Shown here piece by piece: positions 30,691-40,315 of a stretch of DNA of 64,000 bases; the stretch's first letter is position 1, and each line of letters starts with the position of its first letter. The stretch spans positions 480,001 through 544,000 of the forward strand of contig CAWJGT010000001.1 in NCBI GenBank assembly GCA_963842525.1, read 5' to 3'. The translations under genes and the position numbers were made by a program. Origin of the DNA: an uncultured Holophagales bacterium (GTDB lineage: Bacteria; Acidobacteriota; Thermoanaerobaculia; Multivoradales; UBA5704). The notes beneath the pieces are model-generated. The model ran no database searches. It was not told where the DNA came from and was given only the letters and a program-made list of their open reading frames with translations.

Positions 30691-31392
30691 TTACTTCTTC
30701 CGCGCTCCTTTCTCCCGTTCCTCGAAGTAGCCCTTGTAGAGCAGGCCGGCGAGGATGCCGCCGAGGGGGCAGCCGACCAGGTAGACCCAGATGTCCGAGA
30801 AGTTGCCGGTCATCAGGGCCGGGCCGATCGTGCGGGCGGGGTTCAGGCTCGCTCCGGTCAGCGGGCCGCCCATCAGGATGCAGAAGACCAGGGTGAAGCC
30901 GATCGCCAGGCCGCCGGGGATCGTCGCCTTGCCGCTGATCCCGGCATTCATCACCGCGTTGACCAGGAAGAAGGTCAGGATCGCCTCCACCACGAAGCCC
31001 TTGACCGGGTCCATGGCGAACGTGACGCCGCCGGCCGTGGTCACACTGCTGGCGACGGTCGTGGCGCCCAGCCCGGTCTCGGTGCCGCCGAACAGCCACC
31101 AGAGCGCGGTGGCGCCCAGGATGCCGCCTGCGATCTGGAAGACGATGTAGGAGACGGCGCGCTTGGTGTCGATCTTGCCGGCCGCCCAGACGCCGAGCGT
31201 CACCGCCGGGTTGATGTGCGTGCCCGAGATGTGGCCGTAGGAGTACGCGAAGCCGATGATGACGAGGCCGTGCGCGAAGGCCACTCCCACGAGCCCGCCG
31301 AGGCCCAGCGCCCCAGCCCCGGCGCCGATGAAGATCAGGGCGAAGGTGCCGATGAGCTCCGCTACCAGAGACGTCGAAAGCCTGTCGTACAT
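30691..31392 (-). CDS. Aquaporin (MIP family)
   Basis: ISGTHINPAVT and GASLNPART. Confidence 0.95.
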   Translation of the reverse strand: MYDRLSTSLVAELIGTFALIFIGAGAGALGLGGLVGVAFAHGLVIIGFAYSYGHISGTHINPAVTLGVWAAGKIDTKRAVSYIVFQIAGGILGATALWWLFGGTETGLGATTVASSVTTAGGVTFAMDPVKGFVVEAILTFFLVNAVMNAGISGKATIPGGLAIGFTLVFCILMGGPLTGASLNPARTIGPALMTGNFSDIWVYLVGCPLGGILAGLLYKGYFEEREKGARKK

Positions 31393-31459
31393 GCGAACCC
31401 TCCCTCTGAGAAATGAAGTCCGCGCCGGCGGGGGAACCGCTCTCCGGTCCCACCGGCGC

Positions 31460-32104
31460 TCACTGCTTGCGGATCACCACCTCGACGCGCCGGTTCCGCT
31501 GCCTGCCGGCTTCGTCGTCGTTGGACGCCACGGGACGCTTCTCCCCCCAGCCGCGGGTGGCGAGGCGGCCCGCTTCGATCGTCTCCTTGTCCACCAGCCA
31601 GCGTTTGACTGCTTCGGCCCGGCGCTCCGACAGCTTCCGGTTGTAGGCGTCGTCGCCCTTGGCGTCCGTGTGCCCGTCGAGTTGGACGTTCTCCGACGGG
31701 TAGGCGCGGATCACCGTTGCGAGCTGCGCCAGGGCCTGTGAGGCGTCCGGCCGGATCTGGGCCTTGTCGAAGTCGAAGAGGACGTCCGCGGGGAGCTCCA
31801 CCCGCACCTCGAGGTCCGTCTCCTGGGCGCCCAGTGCCCGCATCGCCTGGCGGACCTCCTGGACCGTGGCGACGATGCGGCTCCCCCCGCCGGCCACGCC
31901 CCCTTCGAGGCCCTGGATCTGCAGGACCGTGGGCCGGACGTCGAGAGCCCGCTTCGCTCCCAGGCGGGCGACCGCAGCCTCGGCCGCCGCTTCGGTCGCG
32001 GCAGCCCAGGGACCGAGGTCGGTGGGCGGGTCCGCGGCGGCGAGCCCCGGCAGGGTCCCGAGAGCTATCAGCGCCAGCAGCGCCAGAGTCGTGCGGAGCC
32101 GCAT
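31460..32104 (-). CDS. OmpA-family peptidoglycan-binding protein
   Basis: VLFDFDKA, GHTDAKG...YNRKLSERRAEAV, NRRVE. Confidence 0.92.
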   Translation of the reverse strand: MRLRTTLALLALIALGTLPGLAAADPPTDLGPWAAATEAAAEAAVARLGAKRALDVRPTVLQIQGLEGGVAGGGSRIVATVQEVRQAMRALGAQETDLEVRVELPADVLFDFDKAQIRPDASQALAQLATVIRAYPSENVQLDGHTDAKGDDAYNRKLSERRAEAVKRWLVDKETIEAGRLATRGWGEKRPVASNDDEAGRQRNRRVEVVIRKQ

Positions 32105-32105
32105 C

Positions 32106-32690
32106 TCAGGAGTCCTGGATCGGCAGGTCTTCGAATGGCGGCACGCTGGGGATCTGCAGGGTCACCGCCTTGACGTCGGCCGGCGGCGCCGGGAATTTGA
32201 TCCAGATGGTCTGCGCCTCCCCGGGCGCCATCTCCTCGTACCAGCGGTCGGTCCAGTTCTGGCGCAGGGCGGCGATATAGGCGCCCTTCTCGTCCTGCAG
32301 CGCCTCGTACTTCTTGCCGGCCCCGAGGTCCATCAGGTAGACCTCCTTATAGAGGATTTCGGGCTGGACCTCCGCGGTCCCCTGGTTGCGGAGCCGGACC
32401 TTGGCGGTCAGCGTGTTCCCCTTGCGGCGGAACTCGGTGACCTCGGCGACGATGCCGGCCCAGTTGGTCTCCTGGCTGGCGATCGGTGCTCCGCCCGTCG
32501 CCGCGGAGGACGCCGGTGTGGCCGCCGCCGGGGTGCCCTCGGCCTGGACGGGAGGAGACGCCGTCTCCGTCCCGGCCGCCGGAGCGGCGCTGCTCGAGCT
32601 TTCCGGAGAGCCTGCGGCCGGCTCTTCTTTCTGGCAGGCGGCGGTCAACAGCAGGACGGTGAGGAGGGGGACGCCGAGCTTCACGTTCAT
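32106..32690 (-). CDS. Hypothetical lipoprotein (Ig-like domain after Ala/Pro linker)
   Basis: Lipobox TAAC; AGGAGG RBS; directly upstream of the OmpA gene. Confidence 0.75.
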   Translation of the reverse strand: MNVKLGVPLLTVLLLTAACQKEEPAAGSPESSSSAAPAAGTETASPPVQAEGTPAAATPASSAATGGAPIASQETNWAGIVAEVTEFRRKGNTLTAKVRLRNQGTAEVQPEILYKEVYLMDLGAGKKYEALQDEKGAYIAALRQNWTDRWYEEMAPGEAQTIWIKFPAPPADVKAVTLQIPSVPPFEDLPIQDS

Positions 32691-32751
32691 GAGCGGTTCC
32701 TCCTGGCCCTTGTTGGGCGATCGGGCTCCAGGAGGAATATACAACGTCCAG

Positions 32752-33408
32752 CTATCCCAGCAGGCTCTTGAGCTCCTTCAGCGACTCGAGCTCCTGCTCC
32801 AGACGGCGGACCGTCTCCTCCAACTGCTGGACGCGTTGGGAGAGCGTAGGCCCGGAATGAGTAGCGGCCAGGAGGGGGGCCTCCGGCGACTCGGGCTCCG
32901 CTCTTTCGGCGATGTCTCCCACCAGGTGGGTCCAGCGGGTCTCTTTCTGGCCGGGCCGCCGCGAGGTCTCGGCCACCAGGGGCTCGTCCTCCGCGGCCAT
33001 GCGGCGCAGGGCTTCCTCCACCTCTTCGAGCGAGCCGAACGGATGCATGCGCTCGCTGCGCGTTCGCAGCTCCCCCGGGGTCTGCGGGCCGCGCAGCAGG
33101 AGCAGGGTCATCAGCGCCTTGCCGGCCCGGTCCAGCCCCCAGCGGCGGACCACGCTCTGCTGCCACCGCTCGGTGCGCGCCCCCTCGCTGCGCCAGACCA
33201 GCACCTCCTGGCGCAGCCGCTCCAGGGCCGCGTCGACCTCCCCCTCGGAGACCTCCATCACCGGGTCGCGGTTGGTCTTCTGGTTGGCGCCGGCGAGCAC
33301 GGCGTTGACGGTCATGGGGACGGCGTCAGGCGTGGTCTGCTCCTTCTCCAGCAGCACGCCGAGGACGCGGATCTCGGCGGGATCGAGCTTCCTGGTGCGG
33401 GTCGACAC
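32752..33408 (-). CDS. YceH/DUF480 family protein
   Basis: EIRVLGVLLEKEQTTPD, NQKTNRDPVM, LLLRGPQTPGELR, PGQKETRWTHL. Confidence 0.92.
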   Translation of the reverse strand: MSTRTRKLDPAEIRVLGVLLEKEQTTPDAVPMTVNAVLAGANQKTNRDPVMEVSEGEVDAALERLRQEVLVWRSEGARTERWQQSVVRRWGLDRAGKALMTLLLLRGPQTPGELRTRSERMHPFGSLEEVEEALRRMAAEDEPLVAETSRRPGQKETRWTHLVGDIAERAEPESPEAPLLAATHSGPTLSQRVQQLEETVRRLEQELESLKELKSLLG

Positions 33409-33840
33409 GGGCCCTCCTCTTGGCGGGATCTTACCCCTCCTTTTTTGCTCCGCCGCAAGCTCTTGATTTTTCTCTCCGACAGTGCCATGCTTCATCGGTC
33501 CAAGCAAGCGCACGTGGTTGGAAGCGGCATCAGAGATATCACCCTGCCATCACTCCCCCCCGCAGCACACCGATCCGAGGCGCACAGCAACTTCTAAACA
33601 GGATGCACCCAGGCTGTCAGGAACCTGAGGGACCATCGGTCATGCGTTTGCCGAACCCATAGCTTCGGGCCGCCGTTTCGTACGCAGAGACGCTGAGAGA
33701 TCGTGTCGTTTCTTGATTCAGAGGAGAGACTCCCGAGATTCGCGGATTGCTGTTTTGATTTCGGTCCTCCTTTCCGGAGGGCGGAGGTTGCCGCTTCGTG
33801 CGGCGTAACAACAACTCTATTGTTGTAAGGAGCAAAGAGT

Positions 33841-34044
33841 ATGGCCGAACAAGGTGTCGTGAAGTGGTTCAATGACGCGAAGGGGTACGGCTTCATCGTG
33901 CGGGAGCGCGGTGCGGACGTCTTCGTCCACCATGCCTCGATCATTGCAGAGGGCTTTCGGACCCTGAGCGAGGGGGATCGTGTCTCCTTCGAGGTTGTCG
34001 AGGGGCCGAAGGGCCTCCAGGCGAAGAACGTCGTCAAGATCTGA
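33841..34044 (+). CDS. cspA: Cold-shock protein
   Basis: [30 protein letters not shown]; AAGGAG RBS. Confidence 0.95.
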   Translation: MAEQGVVKWFNDAKGYGFIVRERGADVFVHHASIIAEGFRTLSEGDRVSFEVVEGPKGLQAKNVVKI

Positions 34045-34070
34045 CCGGCTTCGGCTCTCGATCATCCGGC

Positions 34071-34102
34071 GCCCCGCCCGGGACCTTTCCCGGCGGGGCT
34101 TT
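34071..34102 (+). terminator. Probable intrinsic terminator after csp
   Basis: GCCCCGCC...GGCGGGGC stem followed by TTT. Confidence 0.6.
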
Positions 34103-34122
34103 GCCGTTTCTGGGGGGATCTT

Positions 34123-34926
34123 CTACCGGAAGTCCGAGCGGAAGCTCTGGAAGTTCCGGGTGTCGCGGGTGCCGCGGCGGCCGTAGCGGGAGGCCGCGGA
34201 CTCGGCGCGGACGATGCGGTCCTCGGTCAGCGGATGGCTGGCGAAGAACTGCTCGACCTTGCCCGGCCGGCTTTTCCGCATCTGCAGGAGCTGCCGGAAG
34301 AAGTCGGCCGCGCCGTAGGGGTTGTAGCCCGCCTGCGCCGCGAGCGCCACGCCCCGCTGGTCCGCGTCGTACTCGGCCTGGCGGCTGTAGCGGGTCAGCA
34401 CTCCGGTCCCCACGAGCTGGGCGAGGATCCGCTCGCCCTGTCCGGCGTCTCTGCCCAGCAGCAGCCCGGCGATCATGTTGTAGCCGTACGACCGGCTCAT
34501 GAGCTGGGTGCCGTGGCGCTCCGTGCCATGGCTGATCTCGTGCGCGAGCACGCCGACGAGCTGGTCGAGAGTGTCCGCCTCGGCGATCAGGCCGGAATTC
34601 ACGTACACCAGGCCGCCCGGCAGGTTGAAGGCGTTGACCGACGGGTCGTCCACGATGAAGAAGTCCCACGGGCGGTTGCCCAGCGGGGTCTTGGATGCGA
34701 GCCGCCGGCCGACATAGTTGATGTACTCCTGGGCTTCGCGGTCGTTGACCAGGCGCATCTGCTGGAGCACCTGCTGGTGCAGGTCGCCCCGCATCGACCA
34801 CTCCTGATCGAGAGAGACCAGGTTGAAGCCCTTGGCCTCGGCGGCGGGGGCTGCGGCCAGGAGAAGAACGGCCAGGAGGGCCGGTTCGATCATTCGATGG
34901 AGACGGACATTGCGCTGCAAGCTCAT
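34123..34926 (-). CDS. M48-family zinc metalloprotease
   Basis: NAFNLPGG, LAHEISH, YSRQAEYDAD, FASHP. Confidence 0.92.
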   Translation of the reverse strand: MSLQRNVRLHRMIEPALLAVLLLAAAPAAEAKGFNLVSLDQEWSMRGDLHQQVLQQMRLVNDREAQEYINYVGRRLASKTPLGNRPWDFFIVDDPSVNAFNLPGGLVYVNSGLIAEADTLDQLVGVLAHEISHGTERHGTQLMSRSYGYNMIAGLLLGRDAGQGERILAQLVGTGVLTRYSRQAEYDADQRGVALAAQAGYNPYGAADFFRQLLQMRKSRPGKVEQFFASHPLTEDRIVRAESAASRYGRRGTRDTRNFQSFRSDFR

Positions 34927-35134
34927 TTTGGTGCCTCCTCTCTGCGCAAGCCCCCGATCCACCGGGGGTCGCTCCCCAATAGGGCAAACGCCGTGCCACA
35001 CCCGGCCTGAAGCATCGATCTTCCTGCAAGAGAAGGATTTCCCAAGGAAGGGGCTCTCCGCGCCATGGGCCGGGGGACCGGCGGATCGTCCTCCCCGGAG
35101 GACACCCGTGTTAACATGCGACGACGAAGCCCGC

Positions 35135-35929
35135 ATGGAACCTCTTCTCTTCTCCTATCGCCTGGTCGTCTCCTACCGCGGCGCGGCGTACGCCGGCTGG
35201 CAACGGCAGGCGAACGCGCGCACGGTGCAGGCGGTGCTGGAGGAGGCTCTCGAGACGCTGCTCGGCCACCCGGTCCGCGTCACCGGCGCGAGCCGGACCG
35301 ATGCGGGGGTCCACGCACGGGGACAGGCGGCCGGCCTCGAGCTGCCGGAGCCCTTCCCGCCGCGCGGGCTGGTGCACGGGACCAACCACCATCTTCCGGA
35401 GGACGTTCGGGTGTTGGCCGCCGGCCGGGTGCCGCCGGGATTCCACGCGCGGAAGCACGCCCGGGCCAAGGAGTACAGCTATCGCCTGGTGCGCTGCGCC
35501 GTGCTCTCTCCCCTGGACGCTCCCTTTGCGGTGCAGGCCGGCCCGGACCTCGACCTGGAGGCGATGCGGCGGGCCGCGGCCTGCCTGCCGGGCCGGCACG
35601 ACTTCTCGGCTTTCGCCTTGGCCGGGGGATCGCACGGCCAGCCGTTCCGCACCGTCTTTGCGGCGGCCTGGGAGGACGAGGGGGAAGAGCTGCGCTTCCG
35701 GGTGGAGGGAGACGGGTTCCTCCGCGGCATGGTTCGTGCCCTCGTGGGGACGATGATCGAGGTGGGCCTCGGGAGGCGCTCGCCGGAAGCCTTTGCCGGC
35801 CTGCTCGCGGGGGGGCCGCGGGCGCAGGCCGGCCCGACGGCGCCCGCGCATGGCCTGATCCTCGAACGGGTGCTATATCCTTCCGCCTGGCAGTGTCCGG
35901 AGGGTGTGGAGGGCGATGTGGTACCGTAA
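35135..35929 (+). CDS. truA: tRNA pseudouridine(38-40) synthase
   Basis: GWQRQ, SRTDAGVHARGQ, GRHDFSAF, FLRGMVR, TAPAHGL. Confidence 0.95.
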   Translation: MEPLLFSYRLVVSYRGAAYAGWQRQANARTVQAVLEEALETLLGHPVRVTGASRTDAGVHARGQAAGLELPEPFPPRGLVHGTNHHLPEDVRVLAAGRVPPGFHARKHARAKEYSYRLVRCAVLSPLDAPFAVQAGPDLDLEAMRRAAACLPGRHDFSAFALAGGSHGQPFRTVFAAAWEDEGEELRFRVEGDGFLRGMVRALVGTMIEVGLGRRSPEAFAGLLAGGPRAQAGPTAPAHGLILERVLYPSAWQCPEGVEGDVVP

Positions 35930-35945
35930 TGGGGTTTTTTTGACC

Positions 35946-36785
<840 letters not shown>

Positions 36786-36798
36786 GCCGCCGTCCGCG

Positions 36799-37623
36799 AT
36801 GCAGCGCCTCCTCACCGCCGCTGTCCTGACCCCCCTGGCGCTGGCGGCGCTCTTCCTGCTCCCCCATCCCTGGTGGTTCGTCTTCGAGGCGATCCTCGTC
36901 GAGGCGGCGGTCTGGGAGTACATCGCGATGGTGCGCGCCCGGGCGCCGCGGGCGCCGTTGCGGGCGCTGCTGCTCTTCGTGCCCCTGGCGGCGGTGGCCA
37001 TGAGTGCCTCGATGAACGGCGGCTTCGTGGCCGAGCGCCACCTCCTCGTCGCCGGCGCCCTGATGTCGATCGGTCTGGGCACCCTGCTGCTGCTGAGCCG
37101 CACGCCGCTCGAGGACTCGATCCCGGCGCTGGGCATCCTCGGCTTCGGCATCCCCTATTTCGCGGTGCCGATCGCCAGCCTCCATCACCTGCAGCGCGCC
37201 GATCCCTGGCTGGTCTTCCTGCTCATGGCCATCGTCTGGCTGGGGGACACGGCGGCCTATTACATCGGCTCCCGCATCGGACGGCACAGGATGGCGCCGG
37301 TCATCAGCCCCAAGAAGAGCTGGGAAGGGGCGGCCGCCGGCTTCGTGGTCAGCCTGATCGCGGCGGCGGTATGGAGCGTCTGGCGGCTCGAGGAGCTCGA
37401 CCCGGCCCTGCTGGTCGTCGCCGCGGCCACCGCCGCCGCAGCCCAGGTGGGGGACTTGGTCGAGTCCATGATCAAGCGGGGCGTGGGCGTCAAGGACTCG
37501 GGGAGCGTCCTGCCGGGGCATGGCGGCGTGCTCGACCGCCTGGACGCCATGCTGTTCGCGGCTCCGGTCCTGCTGATCGGCCTCTGGCTGCTGGGGGTGG
37601 ACGGCGTCACCCTGTCCCAGTAG
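36799..37623 (+). CDS. cdsA: Phosphatidate cytidylyltransferase
   Basis: DTAAY, ISPKKSWEG, GDLVESMIKR..GVKDSG..LPGHGGVLDRLD. Confidence 0.95.
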   Translation: MQRLLTAAVLTPLALAALFLLPHPWWFVFEAILVEAAVWEYIAMVRARAPRAPLRALLLFVPLAAVAMSASMNGGFVAERHLLVAGALMSIGLGTLLLLSRTPLEDSIPALGILGFGIPYFAVPIASLHHLQRADPWLVFLLMAIVWLGDTAAYYIGSRIGRHRMAPVISPKKSWEGAAAGFVVSLIAAAVWSVWRLEELDPALLVVAAATAAAAQVGDLVESMIKRGVGVKDSGSVLPGHGGVLDRLDAMLFAAPVLLIGLWLLGVDGVTLSQ

Positions 37624-37753
37624 GTCCTCATCCTCTGGGAATGCCGGAGGAGCGCAGGGCGGTTCGGTATAATCGAGCTCTTTTGGCACACCAGCCGTAC
37701 CGCGGGCTCGTGCTCGGGGGGAGCGGTCTCTTATCTCGAAAGGCAGCATCGGA

Positions 37754-39058
37754 ATGAACGTCGATCCCGTCAACTTCCTTACCAACACCCTCGCCTTCAT
37801 CTTTGCGCTGGGTGTGATCATCGTGGTCCACGAAGCCGGACACCTCCTCGTCGCCAAGGCGTTCGGCGTGCGGGTTCTCACCTTCTCGGTCGGCTTCGGC
37901 AAGAAGCTGTGGGGCTTCCGCCGCGGCGAGACCGAGTACCGGGTCTCGGCCGTGCCGCTCGGCGGCTACGTCCGCCTGGGCGGGGAGAACACGGAGGAGT
38001 CGACGGGCGATCCGCGGGAGTTCCTGAGCAAGCCGCGCTGGCAGCGGGTGCTCGTCTACCTGGCCGGACCGGCGATGAACGTGGTGCTGGCGATCGTGCT
38101 CTTCGCCGCCCTGTTCATGGTCGGCATCCCGACGATGAACTTCCCCGACATGCCGCCCGTCCTCGGCGGCGTCGAGGCGGGCTCGTCGGCGGCCCAGGCC
38201 GGGCTGCGCCGCGGCGACCGCATTGTCTCGATCGACGGCACCCCGATGGAGAACTGGCAGGACGCGCTGATGACGCTCCTCACCTCGGGAGGACGCCCGC
38301 TGCGGCTCATCATCGACCGCGGCGGCAAGACCTTCGAGGCCACGGTCACGCCCACCCTCGATCCGCGCAGCGACCGCGGCGACACCGCCGGCATCCTCCC
38401 TGCTCTCCGCCCACAGATCATCCAGGTCATGGGAGGGACCCCGGCGCAGGCCGCCGGCTTCCGTCCCGGCGACGAAATCCGGCACGTCGACAAGCGGGCG
38501 GTCACCGACGACAAGGACTTCGTGGCCTATATCGAGAAGCGGGCCGGCCAGAGAGTTGACATCGAGGTCGTGCGCGACGGCAAGGCCCTGATCCTGCCCG
38601 TCGTGCCGCGCGACGACGGCGGCGTCGGAAAGATCGGCGTGCAGATCGGCTTCTACCAGCGCTACGGCCCGGCGCGGGCGGTGGTGGAGAGCCTCCGCTT
38701 CAACGTGCAGATCGTCAAGGACACCTTCTCCATCATCGGCAAGATCTTCACGCGCAGAGTGTCGGCCAAGGGGGCGCTCGCCGGTCCGCTGGAGATCGCC
38801 AAGCAGAGCGGCGAGGCGGCGCGCACCGGCTTCAAGCAACTGCTCTACATGATGGGCTTCATCAGCATCAGCATCGGCATCATGAACCTGATGCCGATCC
38901 CGATCCTGGACGGCGGGCAGATCTTCATCCTGGCGATCGAGGGGGTGATCCGCCGCGACCTCTCCCTGCGCCTCAAGGAGGTCGTCAGCCAGGTCGGCTT
39001 CGTCCTCATCGTGCTCCTGATGGTGATGGTGCTATGGTTCGACTTCCAGAAACTCTGA
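37754..39058 (+). CDS. rseP: RIP metalloprotease RseP with two PDZ domains
   Basis: HEAGH, PLGGYV, AGPAMN, NLMPIPILDGG. Confidence 0.94.
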   Translation: MNVDPVNFLTNTLAFIFALGVIIVVHEAGHLLVAKAFGVRVLTFSVGFGKKLWGFRRGETEYRVSAVPLGGYVRLGGENTEESTGDPREFLSKPRWQRVLVYLAGPAMNVVLAIVLFAALFMVGIPTMNFPDMPPVLGGVEAGSSAAQAGLRRGDRIVSIDGTPMENWQDALMTLLTSGGRPLRLIIDRGGKTFEATVTPTLDPRSDRGDTAGILPALRPQIIQVMGGTPAQAAGFRPGDEIRHVDKRAVTDDKDFVAYIEKRAGQRVDIEVVRDGKALILPVVPRDDGGVGKIGVQIGFYQRYGPARAVVESLRFNVQIVKDTFSIIGKIFTRRVSAKGALAGPLEIAKQSGEAARTGFKQLLYMMGFISISIGIMNLMPIPILDGGQIFILAIEGVIRRDLSLRLKEVVSQVGFVLIVLLMVMVLWFDFQKL

Positions 39059-39071
39059 CGGAGGGAGCCTG

Positions 39072-39593
39072 ATGCCTGGTCCGATCTCGATCGGCGACGA
39101 AGCGCCGAACTTCGACCTCAGCTCGACGGAAGATGCGCTTCTGATGTTGAAGGACGAGGTGGTGCGGACGGTGGTGGTGGTCTATTTCTTCGCCGATCCG
39201 GCCAGCGAGCGCGCGCACCGCGACCTCGACGCCCTGAACCGCCGCCTCGGCAAGCTGGCCGGCCTGCGCACCCGCGTGCTGGCGGTCTCGCCGGCGAAGC
39301 TGGACGACCTCAAGAAGCTGCAGGTGGAGCGCAAGCTCCTCTTCCCCCTGCTCCACGACGACCGCAACTTCTCCGCCGCCTACGGGGTGGCGCCTCCGGA
39401 AGAGGGCAAGCCGGCCGCTCCGGCGCTCGTGCTGGTCGGCCGCCGCCAGCGCATCCTCTGGCAGGCCAACCCGGTCGCCTCGGCCGAGGAGGCTCTGCCC
39501 CAGGTTGAGAAAGTCCTCGAGGAGCAGCCTTCTCCCACAAAGTCCTATCCGAAGAGCGTCATCAACCGGTGGGTCGACCGCTGGGTGAACTGA
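39072..39593 (+). CDS. Peroxiredoxin/BCP-fold protein lacking cysteine
   Basis: IGDEAPNFDL, VVVYFF, VLAVS, LLFPLLHD, AYGV; no Cys in the 173 aa. Confidence 0.8.
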   Translation: MPGPISIGDEAPNFDLSSTEDALLMLKDEVVRTVVVVYFFADPASERAHRDLDALNRRLGKLAGLRTRVLAVSPAKLDDLKKLQVERKLLFPLLHDDRNFSAAYGVAPPEEGKPAAPALVLVGRRQRILWQANPVASAEEALPQVEKVLEEQPSPTKSYPKSVINRWVDRWVN

Positions 39594-39689
39594 GGGTCCT
39601 GGTTGGGAAAATCCAACCTGGATGCCAGTAGGTCTGGGGTTTGACGGACCCGGGGATGCAGGCTGGCGCCGGGCCGGTACCCTTGAACC

Positions 39690-39986
39690 ATGGGGACCCA
39701 GGCGCCGGGAGCGGATTCGGAGAGCGAGCCGAGCCGGTTCCAGAACGCCCATCCCGACGACCGGCTGCTCGAACGCTTCCTGCGCGGCGATTCGACGCCG
39801 CAGGAGAACCAGCGCATCGTGCGTCACCTCCTTTCCGGCTGTCCGCGCTGCCGGGAGAAGATGCTCCCGCTCTGGATGTTCCTCGCCGAAGGTTCCTTCC
39901 GCGGTGAGGACCGGCGGGAGGGCCCGCGCCGGCCCAGGGCTGACCCGGGAACGTCACGGGGCGAAGCTCGCCGGCCCCTGGCCTGA
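39690..39986 (+). CDS. Small zf-HC2 (anti-sigma zinc finger)-like protein
   Basis: HPDDRLLERFLRG...VRHLLSGCPRC. Confidence 0.65.
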   Translation: MGTQAPGADSESEPSRFQNAHPDDRLLERFLRGDSTPQENQRIVRHLLSGCPRCREKMLPLWMFLAEGSFRGEDRREGPRRPRADPGTSRGEARRPLA

Positions 39987-39996
39987 CTCTGCTGAA

Positions 39997-40225
39997 AAAG
40001 CGACGAGCTGCACCGAGGTGCAGGTGACCTGCGCCATGGTGCAGCCGACCTGCACCGCGGCGCGGGTAGGCCGGCCGAAGTGCAGGTGAGCTGCGCCGAA
40101 GCCGGGCTCAACTGCACCGCGGCGCAGGCCGGTCCCACCATGGCGCAGGTCACCTACGCCGCGGCGTGGGTGCGCGCGCCGAAGCGTGCAAACCTCCCAA
40201 ATCGGCGCAGCTCGCCTGCACCTCG
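39997..40225. repeat. Degenerate tandem array of ~11 units of ~21 bp
   Basis: Units such as GTGCAGGTGACCTGCGCCATG, GTGCAGCCGACCTGCACCGCG, GTGCAGGTGAGCTGCGCCGAA, GCGCAGGTCACCTACGCCGCG. Confidence 0.8.
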
Positions 40226-40315
40226 GCGTAGTCCGACCCTCGCGGTCCTGGTGACGTTCAGGATCACCCGCTATAATGCGAGGCGATTGCAGGAAGGAAG
40301 GATGAAGGGGTTCCC

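Noticed and set aside
39997-40225. CRISPR array
   Set aside because: Units are contiguous and degenerate with no spacers; no cas genes
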